This document shows, piece after piece, positions 28,463 through 41,845 of a DNA stretch of 64,000 nt. The stretch's first letter is position 1, and the number at the start of each line of letters is the position of its first letter. The notes under the pieces are model-generated. The model ran no database searches and was not told the origin of the DNA. It was given only the letters and a program-made list of their open reading frames with translations. The DNA is taken from positions 2,604,001 through 2,668,000 of the forward strand of contig OZ024742.1 of assembly GCA_964016885.1 (NCBI GenBank), written 5' to 3'. This DNA comes from Eledone cirrhosa (lineage: Eukaryota). The position numbers were made by a program, and so were the translations under genes.

Positions 28463-29531
28463 CAATGGGCTGTAATGGGATATTTTTTCACTATATTTTC
28501 AATGAGGTGTGTGGGATTTATAGACCAAGCTCACCTATATCTCGGTATACAACATAAATAAATTGACCTGTAGCAAAACCGTCTGAATATGACAATTCTT
28601 TAGCGTTTTTCTTTATTGCCAATGATACAATAAATATGAGAAATATAATTCATGATGACAAACGAAGAGATTTTATTCTAATATTGTTACACAGAATAAC
28701 GATATATTGCACAAAACATAATCATATGTCATGGAATTATTTGAATATATCTACATATGAATAGTGAATTAAGACTTGTTTTCAGATTTCTATAAATTCT
28801 GTAGACATCTCGAAAATGCCTATAAAGCGAATTATAGATTAGTTAAATATCTATAAAAGTTTAAATCACAAGCATCACTTGATCTAAACGACTTTCATAT
28901 TTCTTACGTGAGAATAACCTTTTTCATTTTTCTTTCGCTGCAGCAAATTCAGAAAGGAATCTAAGACCTTGCTAGGGTTAAGAAGTCATCTTCTTGAGAT
29001 TCGTGTTTCAGAAAAAAGCTCAAATTACACTACCTATGTATATCTATAAAAAATATATTAGATTACTTGGAAGTGTAACCTATGTATATCTATAAAAAAT
29101 ATATTAGATTACTTGGAAGTGTAACCTGAACATAGCGGGATGTTTGTAACCTTGAAGAGACTAAATAATTAGAGTTGTGTAAATAAATAGGGAATCAAAT
29201 AAGTCCAATAAATCCACTGGATATCTTAGTTGTCGGTACTAGAAGACATAATTCTACTATATAAATTCTACTGGTAAAATTCTACTGGTAACATTTCATA
29301 TGAAAACTTTTATTCTATTGACTAATTAGTGTTGACAATGATCGTTGTTATTTCTTAGTCTCGAGATTGTTCGACATCTTGTTATGTTCTAGTAGAAGTG
29401 GGATATTGTGGTTGTATAGCTACAACTATTATGTTATACCTGGAAGGTGTTATGAAGGAAAGTTAGTACAGAGATTAAACAGGATTAAGCTGTAAAGGAG
29501 GCAGATACTTCTTCATTATGGATATATCAGG

Positions 29532-29716
29532 GCGGTGGATTGGCAGTATCGGTAGAGGGTCTGACGCTATGCTTTGCAGCAAAGAGTTACGCCCCTTTAT
29601 GGTTTGAGTTCAAATCCCGCCGAGGTTAACTTTGCCTTTCATCCTTACGGGGTCGATAAAATAAAGTACCAGTAATGCACTGGATAATTGCTGGCCTTGT
29701 GCCAAAAGTAGAAACA
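29532..29716 (+). mobile_element. tRNA-derived SINE (Octopus-type) with 17-bp TSD
   Basis: A-box-like TGGCAGTATCGG, B-box GAGTTCAAATCC, core GCCTTTCATCCTTACGGGGTCGATAAAATAAAGTACCAG; TSD ATTATGGATATATCAGG at 29515-29531 and 29717-29733. Confidence 0.93.
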
Positions 29717-30290
29717 ATTATGGATATATCAGGCGGATATTGAAAACCAAGAGCAAAGCCTCTTCGAAGAGGAACCATAATTTCTGTAAGCTGAGAAGGG
29801 TTACAGCAGCACACAGATTCTCGTAAGGGCTACATGGATAAAGGAAAGGACACTATTAAAAAGTAGGCCATAAAACCTGGACATTTTCTGGGGGGTATTA
29901 ATGCAACTGGCACAGATTGAGGGTGAGATACAATTGAGAGGTGTCGAAATTGTTGAGATCTCTAATCCACAGCTGATGAAGGGAAATATGTCAAAGAAAT
30001 TGATGCAATTATCGTTCCTTTCATTTCCAGGTAACCGCCTTACTCACCTGAATAATAACAATTAAATCCCTTTGTTTCTGAATGTCGTTGACTTACATAA
30101 ATCCCATCAAGTAGACACCTATTGATTTTTTTTTGCTCAATGAAACGATAGGAAAACAATGGACCCATTGCTATCTCATGTTTTTTCCATTTCATATTCT
30201 TTCATTTTTTAACATGGTGTATGTATGTATATGCATGCATCCATTCATCCATATATATATATATAAATGTAATCTGAGTTTTTTGAATAT

Positions 30291-30412
30291 TAATAATTGT
30301 TTCTACGTTTGGCACAAGGCCAGCAATTACCCAGTGCATTACTGGTACTTTATTTTATCGACCCCGTAAGGATGAAAGGCAAAGTTAACCTCGGCAGGAT
30401 TTGAATTCAGAA
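30291..30412 (-). mobile_element. 5'-truncated SINE
   Basis: Reverse complement of the SINE B-box-to-tail segment. Confidence 0.9.
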
Positions 30413-30596
30413 TGGCAAGCATTCGATTCGTTTGCAATTATGCAAACAAGCCTCAATTTTATGTCAGTAGAACGAACACTTCATTCTTGCTCTTGTGTTG
30501 GCATGCTAACATGCAAATCAGGCCGATCAGTCACTGTGTATTTTAGAAAATAAGCATATATTTTCACTAACTCTGACAGTTTGGCAGGTAAACAGT

Positions 30597-30646
30597 GAGC
30601 TGTACTGATGAAGGGTGATACCCAGAAACATTAGCGTCTGCAGTTC
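30597..30646 (+). ncRNA. Complete type I hammerhead ribozyme
   Basis: GAGCTGTA-CTGATGA-AGGGT-GAT-ACCCA-GAAAC-ATTAGC-GTC-TGCAGTTC; 8-bp stem I; GUC site at 30636-30638. Confidence 0.88.
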
Positions 30647-30809
30647 TGTTCGCATGGCAACACAAGAGCAAGAATGAAATGTTAATTCTACTGACATGGC
30701 TATAAAATTGAGGCTTGTTTGCATAATTGCAAACGAATCGAATGTTGTTATTAATATTCGAAAAACTCAGATTACATTTATTGTATTCAGCCATGTAGAG
30801 CGACATTTT

Positions 30810-30875
<66 letters not shown>

Positions 30876-30927
30876 TATTTATGTACACACATATACACAC
30901 ATGTACGCACACACACACACGCACGCA

Positions 30928-31086
<159 letters not shown>

Positions 31087-31118
31087 ACACGGGTGTGTAT
31101 GATTGTGTATAGAAGATT

Positions 31119-31507
31119 ATATTAATAAAAGAAATTCCAACTTTGTCTGATTTACTCATTTTATTTACAATCCTTTAACATTTATAATGGTATTAGAATG
31201 AAATAGTATGGTAGAATATTAAATATTAAGTGTTAATTGAACAAGTACTTTCATGCTTTCGCAATCTTCAGGTTAATAATGTGTGGTGACAGTCAAGTTT
31301 GCAATTTTCAGCAGTTGAAAATTGCAAACTTGACTGTCACCACACATTATTAACCTGAAGATTGCGAAAGCATCAAAGTACTTGTTCAATTAACACTTAA
31401 TATTTAATATTCTACCATTATACCATTATAAATAATATTATACCATTATAAATTTTAAAGGATTGTAAATAAAACGAGTAAATCAGGCAAAGTTGGAATT
31501 CCTTTTA

Positions 31508-31514
<7 letters not shown>
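31119..31514. mobile_element. ~395-bp near-perfect hairpin carrying a minimal hammerhead on each strand
   Basis: Loop GCAGT at 31311-31315; CTGAAGA-TTGC-GAAAG at 31355-31370 and its mirror at ~31256-31271. Confidence 0.88.
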
Positions 31515-31568
<54 letters not shown>

Positions 31569-31964
31569 TATTGACTGAATCCAAACTACGAAAGAGTGTT
31601 ACATTACCAATTGCCTAATGAAATGAAATGAGGACAGCTTAGTAAATTATTGAATACATATAAAGTTTATGTAGCAGCTGGGAGGTGAATACTTTAAGGT
31701 GGAACATCTGCTACACTATAGAGTTAGACGTTCTGTCGTCTTTCTACTTCACTGAAGCTCACCAAAATAACCAAATAGAAACAAACTTTTATCGATTACA
31801 TTTATGCGATTGCGAAACTTTCACAAATATCTGCAAATGACATTTATTGATTTGGATATCGAAGATTGGAGGTGGAAAATAGAGATTGGAGATTATTTTT
31901 ACGAGGAACTGGTCAAGCAAGTAATATATTATTCCTGAACAACATTGTCATGTCTGCACTTATA

Positions 31965-32271
31965 TTGTGCGCGCGTGTGTGTGTGTGTGTGCATGTTTAT
32001 GTGTGTGTATATGCATGTGTATGTGTGTGCTCATGTGTCTGCATGTGTGTGTGTGTGTGTGTGTGTGCTCATATGTCTGCACGTGTGTGTGTGTGCTCAT
32101 GTGTCTGCATGTGTGTGTGTGTGTGTGTGTGCTCATGTGTCTGCATGTCTGTGTGTGTGTGCTCATGTGTGTGTGTGTGCTCATATGTCTGCACGTGTGT
32201 GTGTGTGCTCATGTGTCTGCATGTGTGTGTGTGTGCTCATGTGCCTGCATGTGTGTGTGTATGTGTGTGCT

Positions 32272-32338
<67 letters not shown>

Positions 32339-32475
32339 CCATGTGTCTGCATGTGTGTGTGTATGTGTGTGCTTATGTGTATTCATGTGTGTGTGTGTGT
32401 GTGTGTGTGTGCACATGTGTCTGCATGTGTGTGTGTGTGTGTGCTCATGTGTCTGCATGTGTCTGCATGTGTCTA
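31965..32475. repeat. (TG)n-based minisatellite with GCTCATGTGTCTGCAT modules
   Basis: Recurrent module separated by variable TG runs. Confidence 0.9.
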
Positions 32476-32845
32476 CATTTGAAGATTTATATATTCATTC
32501 TAGCAAATCATTGTTGTTTAACCCCAGGTCAAGCTATGATCACACAGTAGCCATATAATCAGTAACATTACTACCATAGAGTTTGGTGTTAATAGATATA
32601 ACTTTCTATTTATTTGCCACCAGGGCATCAAAGATTGGGACAAATACAAAGGGGGGAGTTTACATACATTTAAAAAGACGTGTAAAAAACATATAACAAA
32701 TTAAATTTAACAATCGGTGTCCTCAATAGGGAGGGCCGTTGACATGGGTCGCACACCCCCCCCCCAAAAAAAATGTGCAACCCTCCTCTTCAGGAGCACA
32801 AAGAGCGCGTGCTTCCTTCATCTTCTCATTCTTCTCCTCTCTCAC

Positions 32846-35800
32846 TTACAGGCTGATATAGAGAGAAGGCCCATTCACTCGGGCCATTCTCTCTACTTTC
32901 ACCCATCTTTCATAAAACTTGCTGGGGTAGAGCACCTCTCTCTCCATTCTGATCCTTCTTCTAAAGTGGTACTTGAAAAAAAAGACCAGTTGTTGGCCGG
33001 AGAGAAAGGTGTCTGACCTCAGCCCTTTCAACCTTGTCCACCATACAACTTCTTTCGCCATGGCTATCACACAGAAGAAAACCGCCTCTCCATCGTTTTT
33101 GAAAGGGGGAGGCGGTTTCATCGTGACAATGTTCTCGGTGGTCAACCGGATTGGTCCCACCCGCGACAGTAGTCGTTCTACATAGCCCCACAGGTCAGCA
33201 ACGCCCGGGTAGTGTACGAATGCGTGTGCGACAGTTTCCTCGTCACGCACGCATCTTGGACAGATCTTCTTCGAGGAGTCCCTACCCGGGCGCCCGCGTC
33301 TGTAGAGCTTGTCCCGAACGGGTAGAGCTCCTCGGTAACATTGCCAAGCCAGGGACTTTTGGAAGTTGTCCATCGGTGCCGGGCCAAACGTCCTACCGAA
33401 CAGACTGGCCAGCTCGTCTTCCTCCATGCCCAGAGCCTCTCCGAGAGCGTCGTCGCACTTACTGCGCACCAACCCTCTATAGAATGTTGAGGTTGAGTCT
33501 CCACTGATTGCCGGATCAGCTTGCCAGAGGGCGGTGAGCACCTGGGTACATTCAATGTGCCAGTCGCCCACTTTTCTCGGTCTTTGCTTGACCCAGGATT
33601 GCAGCTCGGTGAGTGAGACGAGTCTCGGAAAGGCTCGCCTCACAAACAGGGCCCACACCGGCTGACCGGTGAGGAATACCTGGAGGTGCCGTAGCCTTAA
33701 TGCGTGTATACGCATCGTCAGCCACGTCATCCCCAGCCCTCCGTTCGAAGGGTGTTGACAACAGATGGATCTCCTCACCAAAGGAGCCCGCTTCTTCCAA
33801 AGAAATAGGAAGAGCGCGTGCCCAATTTTGGCGAGTGTTTTCTCTGGGCAAGGCACGACGGTCAAGCGGTAGTAGATGATGGACGCTATATAAGCGTTCG
33901 CCACCTCCGCTCGACCTTTCAGGGATAGTTTGCACTCGGCCCACTTCTGGGCGAGTGCAAAGACCTTGCCCGTTACCTCCTCCCAGTTTTTCTCCACCTG
34001 GAGGTCCGGTCCGAACCAGACCCCGAGCAGCTTCACCGGTCCCTCCGTCCAGCGTCCGACAATGCCGTCGGAGGGCATCGTTTTGCCCCTCCACGTCCCG
34101 AGTTGCAAACCGACGGACTTGTCCCGGTTCAGCTTGGCTCCTGTGAACCTTTCATATTCCTCCAGTAAGGTGCCGATCTGCCCGATTTCCGAGGCGCACG
34201 ACACCATTGTTGTCACATCATCGGCGTAGGCCGACACCGCTTTCCGCAATCCCGGTTCCAAGGGGATGCCCTGCAACAGCTCCAGCTTCCGCAGTAGTGG
34301 CTCGAGAGCCAGCACATACATGAGGGAGGAGAGAGGGCATCCCTGTCGAATGGATCGTGTGATTTCGAACGGCTCCGAGAGGTAGCCGTTCACCTTGACC
34401 CTCGAGCAGGTGTTGCTGCTGTGTATTGCAGCAATCCAGCCCCTGAAAACGGGTCCGAAGCCTGCCGCCGCGAGAACCGCATCCAGGTACCGATGGTCAA
34501 CCCTATCGAACGCCTTAGATTGATCCAAGTTGATCAGGGCCCCACCAAAGCCAGGTTCGTTCCTTACCCTCTCTACGATGTATCGCATGAGGTGGAGGTT
34601 GTCGTGCATGGACCTGGACGAGATTGCGCATGTCTGCGCTTCTCCCACCAGGTTCCCGACGACAAGCGCCAACCTCTTCGCTAACACCTTGGCCAAAATC
34701 TTTAACTCTGTGTCTAGCAGAGTTATGGGCCTGAAGTTATCTATGTCATCCCCCTTGTTCTCGTCCTTCCTCACCAGCGTGACTACGCCCTTGGTCACAG
34801 AACTGGGAATTCTCCCGTTCTGTTGCCAGTTGCAGTAGACCGCCTCGAGGAGACCAAAGAATAAGCCCGGCATCGCTACATAAAGTTCGTATGGTAGACC
34901 ATCGAGACCCGGAGAATTGCGTTTGCCGCATTGGATAAGCACTTCCCCTATTTCAGCGGCTGAAATCGGCCTCTCGCAGGACTTCGCCTCCCCGTCCGAG
35001 AGCCGCGCCAGACCGTCAAGGTATGGACCGAAATCCATGGCCCCACCCGGCCCGCCGCCCCTCCCGAACAGTCGTGCAAAGCGCCGTTGAAAGGCCGCGC
35101 TCATCCGCTCAGGTTCAAGGATCACGCGTCCATCCTGGTCTTTCAAAGACCGAATCGTGGACTTGTTTCCAGTTTTTGCCTGTGTCACTCGGGCCCAGCT
35201 AACAACTTTGGCTCCCTCGTTACCCAGAGCACGTATTTTACGCCTGACAACGCAGCCCTCGTGCTTCGCATCAAAGAACTGGTCTAGGGACGTTCTTGAC
35301 GCCAGCACGCCGGCCACGTTGCCACTCCTAATCGCCTCTTCTACTCTATTTGTTAATTCCCTTTCAGTTCTATTCCTATCTGATGCTAATTCCCGACTAA
35401 AACCTATCGATTCTATTCTAATTTCTCTCTTGAGAGAGCCCCACCACCTGTTGTTGACAATTGCCCCCGTCAAACGCTGCTTAACTAGTGTGCTAATCCG
35501 CTTACTGTAAGCTTTGTTTCTCGGTAAAGACAAGTTTAGCTTCCAGTAACCGGGTCCCTGTCTATGAGTTCTATCAAGGTTGACCACTCCGGTCACCAAC
35601 TTGTGATCCGAATAGTCAACCATGAACATTCGTGGACAGCTTAATATGTCCCTATCCTTATTTCTAACTAGGAACCTATCTAGATACGACCTAGATGTTC
35701 CACTGCGATTACTCCACGTCCACCGTGGCACAGTCGGAAAATCTAGTCGATATCTATCGGCCAGATCAAATCGGCCGATTAATCGTTTGAGGCTGTTACA

Positions 35801-36135
35801 CCCCCTCTATCGGGACATGCCCCTACATAGTCCCAACGTGCATCCAGGATACCATTCCAGTCCCCCACTAAAAGCAAGGAGCGAGACGTTCCCAGGAAAT
35901 TCTCCAGGCGTCGGAAGAAGTCCGGTCGCGGTGTCCCAGATGGGGCATACGCTGCCACCAGCCTGAAAGCTCCACCTTCACCACTGCCGACGTCTAAAAC
36001 CACCAGTCGACCCTCCGGGTCCAGGTGTACCTTCTGTGTGGCAAGACCCAGGTATTTTCGCAGCAGAACGACAACCCCACCCCCACCCCTCGGCTGATAG
36101 AGAGATGCGTAGATCTCAAAGTCGTCGAAGATGGG
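32846..36135 (-). pseudogene. ORF2 (APE endonuclease plus RT); 961-aa open stretch but N-terminus deleted and frameshifted
   Basis: GDWN, YLDR, SDHK, SPGLDGLP, FRPITLL, KAFDRVDH, RQGCPLS, YADD, CPRC..ETVAH. Confidence 0.93.
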
Positions 36136-37966
36136 GGCCAGGCTGCACAATTTCCATGGGGGTGTTGGAAGGGTTGTTTGGTTTGTGGTGGGGTGAGGAC
36201 ATCAGTGTGTGGTGGGATTAGGGTGTTTGGTGGGGTGTGGGTGTCTGGTGTGGGGGTGGGGAAACATCTCAATAGGACGCTGTTATGTGGTTTGGTGCAG
36301 TTGGTCCCCACATGCATTGGATGGTTCTTTTTCAAAGTTACATAGGTTTCCGTTGGGACCCTAATCATCATTAGGTGCGGTTTGTTCGCTGCGTAGGTGA
36401 AAGTGATCCCTTCGGTTTCCACCGAAGGGTTATTTTCTATCGCTTTCGTCAACATTTTATTGTTCTTGTTAATGTATGTATAGAGTTTTTGTTGTGTTGT
36501 GTTTGTTTTTGTTTGTTATTCTTGTGCGTGTTTGCGTTTTGTAGTATGTGTTATGTTTTGGGGAGGGGTTGTTTTTTTATTTGTGATGTTTGTTCCGTTT
36601 GTACTGGTGGTTGTGTGTTTGTGGCATTTTTGTTAATGTGGTGCCTTTATTTTTCTTTTAACCTGTTGAAAGGGTTCTCCCTCGTCGTCACTGGGTGACG
36701 TTGATACGGAGTCCTCTTCCGTGTTGTTGGGGAGGGGTATATTTTGGGGTTTTGTTGTGGTTGCTTTTGTATTTGTTTTAGGTGGGGAGGGGTTGGGTGG
36801 AACAGTGTTTTGTGTTGTTATTTTTCCGTGTTGTTGTGGTTGTTGTTGTTGTTGTTGTTGTGGTCGTGGTGGTGGTTGTGTTGTTGTGTTCGGGGTTGGC
36901 AGAAGAGCCATTTTTTTTTACTCGTTAATTGAGGACAGGCAGCCCTCAGGTGACCCCTGCTTAAGCAGTGGTAACATGACGGCCGCCTTCCCTCCACTGA
37001 AATGTTTATATAAGTTAGCCCGTCCAGAGGCACGCGTTGTGGGATATTCGCTATTCGTTCTGGGCTCATTTGCACCAGAACTTCTACGGTGGTCCCACCA
37101 AATACACCTCCGGAGGACTTTCCTATTGAAATTATCTTGTCTTCGTCAAAGTTAATGATTCCACATAGTATCCACCAAATATTTACATTTGGTGTGATAC
37201 TCATTATTTTTATTTTTTGTGTCCTTTTCCCCCTGTATGTGGGGTAAAAGGTGAAGCGGGGGGACACAATGGGTGATACCGAGTACTTTTGAGCTGTTGA
37301 CTGGTTGTTCATTAGCACCGAAATGCTACCAAACAGTTTACCTTTTTGTATGAAGGTTAAGTCCTTCATTGCATCTTTTAGAACTAGCTCACTTTCATTT
37401 TGTGATAATTGAGCTGGTTTTCTTGTTTCGTTCGATATTGTCCTGAAAATCACAGTTTTCAGGACAGCCTCTCTACGTAATTCCTGTGGAGAATTGATGC
37501 TAAAAGCACCGTTTTCGCCAAAAGTCACGAATTGTTTTGCGTTTTGTAATAGTTGTTTAGCATTTGTTATGTCTATTGGCGTGTATAGTTCGTTTTTTTT
37601 TACAGTCTGTGCGAATGTTGTTTTGGTGTTGTCTTTATTGTTGCTGTCACTGTTGGTAATATTGTTCATGTTTTCCTTGGTGTTGCTATTGTTGCAGCTG
37701 TTGGTTGTGGTGTTATTGTCATTGTTCTTGTTGTTGGTGCTGGTATTATTTACCGGGTTTGGTTTCGTGGTTTCGATATTTTTAACGTTTTTCGATGATG
37801 CGAGGGGGGAAGGCTGCAAGCTTTGTACTCCTAGCTTCCCTCCACCACTTTTCTTAGTGGGCGTGGCACTCACGACAGTGTGCGAGGTGGAAATGGCATC
37901 CATTGCCACCAAGTCTACAGTTTTGAGATGAAAATTAGTTGACTCAACGTCTGACGGCCCAGGCAA
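36135..37966 (-). pseudogene. ORF1 gag-like (Asn-rich N-terminus, CCHC knuckle, Pro/Gln/Thr-rich tail)
   Basis: CYHCLSRGHLRAAC; frameshift at the A-run near 36915; continues in ORFs 36633..36911 and 35994..36455. Confidence 0.85.
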
Positions 37967-38077
37967 GGGGTTAAACTAAACAATGTTATTAAATTGAGCA
38001 ATAAACTCACAGTTTTTTTTACAATAATCCGTAAAAATCCGGAGCGAAGTAAATCACGTCTATATCAAGTGTTGATT

Positions 38078-38400
38078 GATATAGAAAGGGGGATTGGAAG
38101 GGAGTTCCGTGTAGTAAATATAGAGAGGGGGAGAATCTGGTGGTTGTAGAGATACAGAGAGGGATAATAGGAGAGTGCCATGTAGTAGATATAGAGAGGG
38201 TGAGAGTTTAGCGGTGACTGATATACAGAGGTGGTTGGGAAAGATAGTTGTAGATATTTATAGAGAGTGAGAGAGTGTATTAGTCTTAGATATAGAGAGT
38301 GGGATAAGAGAGGCGGTGTCGTGGTAGATATATAGAGGGGGGGATTAAAAGAGAGTTTTGTGTAATAGACATAGAGAGGGGGAGAGTTTGGTAGCACTCT
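38078..38400. repeat. Degenerate ~30-bp GA-rich minisatellite (GAGAGTTTTGTGTAGTAGATATAGAGAGGG-like)
   Basis: Repeated GTAGATATAGAGAG modules; related tracts at 32577-32600, 45090-45335 and 57030-57058. Confidence 0.75.
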
Positions 38401-38806
38401 CGGGTCCCACATAATAGGAGGAGGTAGCAATAATTAGGGGGGTGCCTAAGGAAATCAGTAATTGTTTAGGGTACTTTCGTAAATATGGGATTTCTTGTAA
38501 TGTTCTCCTTTTGTCATTTATAAGATTTTTTTAATGTAAAATAAATTATTAGATTCTCCAACTGCTGTATCAACATGAATCACTTACAATAAGATTTCGC
38601 CGGAGATAGATTAGCAAAGGTAACACACCAGAGAGAGAGATATAAGAATAAAAACTCAATACCGAAGTAGAGTTTATATATTCATTTAATATAATTAAGC
38701 CTTGCTACTGTGGTTTAGGGTACTTTCGTAAGATTTAATCAAGGTAATCTACTATTAAATCTACTATTAAATCTTAACCATTTAACATCAGGGTATGTCA
38801 TGTATC

Positions 38807-38869
38807 ATTATATTTTGTCTGATGAGGACGTACTGTTGTACATCCGAAATATGTATAATAAAATGTAAT
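38807..38869 (+). ncRNA. Complete type I hammerhead ribozyme
   Basis: ATTATATTTTGT-CTGATGA-GGACGTAC-TGTT-GTACATCC-GAAAT-ATGT-ATA-ATAAAATGTAAT; 12-bp stem I; AUA site ending at 38857. Confidence 0.88.
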
Positions 38870-38904
38870 TGATCAAAAGAACATCTATTTTATTAATATT
38901 TATA

Positions 38905-38977
<73 letters not shown>

Positions 38978-38982
<5 letters not shown>

Positions 38983-39703
38983 GTTAAAAAGGTAACACAC
39001 CAGAGAGAGAGATATACAGTGCGTTATCAATAAAACAGGGGAAAAAACCACCAGTGTATGGAATCTATAACCTATGAAAGGCAGACTATAGACACGATAA
39101 TTAAAATAATAAATTAAAGCGTAAATAAATACCTCTATAACTATATAACACACGTACAAATCCAAAGACACTAATCCAAAGATATGTTTCACCAATAATT
39201 TGTTGAAAGAAATGGGTTAGCCTCGGTTCATCAGCGTGTGTAAGGCTATACATTTCAGACAACACTAAGAGAATTTTAAAATTGACTGTCCAGCTACACG
39301 TGGGAGAGAGAAGTCACAGCGTGTTTAAGGGCAGTGAACCAGTGGCCTCTCAGGGACGAACTGCTAGAAAGGGCAGCCCAAAGCCACTCAGAGAAGTGTG
39401 CTCAACCAAACAGAGATAGGAAAGACTGTTATTAGGAGCGAAATATCACGATAAATTAACGGAGGCATAGGCCCTCGCTATTCCCTTTAAATAATGTGCT
39501 CAAAGGAGAAGAGATACTGAGCTCTTTAAAATACAATATGTTGAAAAGGTAACACACCAGAGAGAGAGAGATATACAGTGCGTTATCAATAAAACAGGGA
39601 AAAAACCTGAAAAAACCTTAAAGAGCTCAGGATCTCTTCTCCTTTGAGCACATTATTTACAGGGAATAGCGAGGGCCTATGCCTCCGTTAATTTATCGTG
39701 ATA
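38978..39703. mobile_element. Rearranged PLE-tail-like insertion with direct and inverted repeats
   Basis: Direct repeat 38978-39042 / 39535-39600; inverted repeat 39443-39528 / 39618-39703; degenerate minus-strand CTGATGA...GAAAC at ~39185-39235. Confidence 0.6.
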
Positions 39704-39710
39704 TATATAT

Positions 39711-39970
39711 ATAATAGAAAACACGAGGCAGTTTCGTTTACATATGACAAATATTTATTGCGTATCGACCTGTTACGCACGTTACGCAGAGGTTTGGCTC
39801 AAGGTGACTCATAGGTGTTATGGACTCGATTCCAGAGGATTGGCTGAAGGTGACCTACAGGAGTTATGAACCTGACTCCAGTATCGATTAAGCCAATTTG
39901 CGCGTAACATGTCGATACGCAATAAATATTTTTCATATGTAAAGGAAACTTCCTTGTTTTCTCTATTATA
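39711..39970. repeat. Fold-back unit with ~68-bp arms in TA context
   Basis: 39711-39778 is inverted to 39900-39969; two degenerate ~50-bp tandem repeats in the spacer. Confidence 0.8.
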
Positions 39971-40052
39971 TACACTCTGCCTGTGCATAGAGTGCTTGAT
40001 TTGGTACCAACACCATTACTTCACCGTACTACCTAGACTATATATATATATA

Positions 40053-40856
40053 TATGAATAAATTTAGTCCTTCATCAGTGATCTTCCAACCTTCATTGGT
40101 ATTTCATCGCTTTAAAGACCATATACCTCTGGTTGGTGCGAGTAACAGCTAAAGAAAGTCGTTGGGACACGTAAATAAGGGGAACGAGCGAGACTGTAAA
40201 CAATCAAAGATGGTAATGCAACGAAAAGTGAGGAAGAAGGAGTCAAGTCCCTGAAATCGATGATCATAAGTTCTGTGAAAACGTGGACGAGAGAGAATAA
40301 AGACCATCAAACCTGGTCGAAATGTGAGCAATGAAAGAATTTCGCACAGGTCAAACGGGAGGAAGAAGGAGTCAAGTCCCTGAAATCGGTGAACATAAGT
40401 TCTGTAAAATCGTAGACGAGAGAGAATAAAGAACAACCGACCTGGTCAAAGTGTGCGTGACGAAAGAATTTCGCACAGGTCAAACGGGAGGAAATAGCAG
40501 AGAGTGAGTGAGTGAAGGGTGAGGAAGAGGCTAACAGAGAGAGTGACTGTTAGAGGGGGTAAAGGGAAGTGAGAGATACAGAGATAAGAGGAAGCAGTAA
40601 GAAATATTCTCTCTCGTCCACGTTTTCACAGAACTTATGTTCATCGATTTCAGGGATTTGACTCCTTCTTCCTCACTTTTCGTTGCATTACCATCTTTGA
40701 TTGTTTACAGTCTCGCTCGTTCCTCTTATTTACGTGTCCTCTTATTTACTTTCTTTAGCCGTTGCTCGCACCAACCGGAGGTATATGGTCTTTAAAGCGA
40801 TGAAATACCAATGAAGGTTGGAAGATCACTGATGAAGGACTAAATTTATTCATATG
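40053..40856. repeat. Fold-back unit with ~245-bp arms and an internal tandem duplication
   Basis: 40053-40298 is inverted to 40605-40856; ~130-bp direct repeat at ~40230-40360 / ~40360-40492. Confidence 0.88.
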
Positions 40857-40903
40857 TAACCCATTTGCAACCACGCAGTACGCCATGTTTTCATATTCAC
40901 ACA

Positions 40904-40996
<93 letters not shown>

Positions 40997-41650
40997 ACGT
41001 ATGTATGTATGTATGTATTGGGTATAATACCAGTTTCTTACAAAATGCGAAGAAGATCGATATATTAACCACGTAGGAAAGGGCACAGAGCCTAATTTAA
41101 AAAAAAATTATATATATACAGTGGCGGTCGAACCGCAATATTTATAATTTCTCCCTAAACCACCAAAACACACACCTATTTGGATATCGCTACAATTTAT
41201 GTACATGTTTATGCCATATCGACGTTTTCTGACCATTTTAGAGTGCAAAGAGCTAAACTAATCACTACGACTAAATTGTCCAAATTTGGCCCCTTCTCCA
41301 GTTCAGAAATGCCTCCACCGCCCTCGATGGTGTCGCAGACCAGAAAGTAAAGTGCCGGAAAGAAATACCTAAAGAATTTTATCTAACGCTCTAACAACTT
41401 TACCAGCTCTCCCTGAACCTAAATCTAATTCTAATTAATGAAACTAAACAAAGCAAAACATTACACACACGTACACACACACAGACGTACACACACAGAC
41501 GTACACACACACACAGACACACACACATACAGACGAACACACATAGACACACACACATACATACACACATATATATATACACGATCACACACCCACACAT
41601 ATATATATGTGTATATATATACACACTCACACACAAATATATATATACAA

Positions 41651-41684
<34 letters not shown>

Positions 41685-41775
41685 TTTCCATTTCTACAGA
41701 TTTATTGGTTTCGAGCCAATAATAGAATCTTGAGGAAGTAGGCAGATACACTTAGCCGGTTCACGTGATTTCCTA

Positions 41776-41845
<70 letters not shown>

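Larger units (their letters stand above)
30264..30780 (+). mobile_element. Fold-back insertion with a hammerhead in its spacer; SINE inserted in left arm
   Basis: 30264-30295 plus 30420-30510 are inverted to 30646-30780; TA flanks. Confidence 0.8.
32601..38077 (-). mobile_element. Tx1/L1-clade LINE, copy 1
   Basis: ORF1 with zinc knuckle; ORF2 with APE, RT and CCHC-like region; 3' UTR ends AATAAATAGAAAG; possible short TSD GATATA at 32595 and 38078. Confidence 0.93.

Noticed and set aside
29532-29625. tRNA gene
   Set aside because: It is the SINE head, continuous with the SINE body and TSD.
29973-29995. CTGATGAAGGGAAA as a minimal hammerhead
   Set aside because: No convincing stems I and II.
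40829-40856. CTGATGA in the arm of the 40053-40856 fold-back
   Set aside because: No downstream GAAA; at best a truncated motif.
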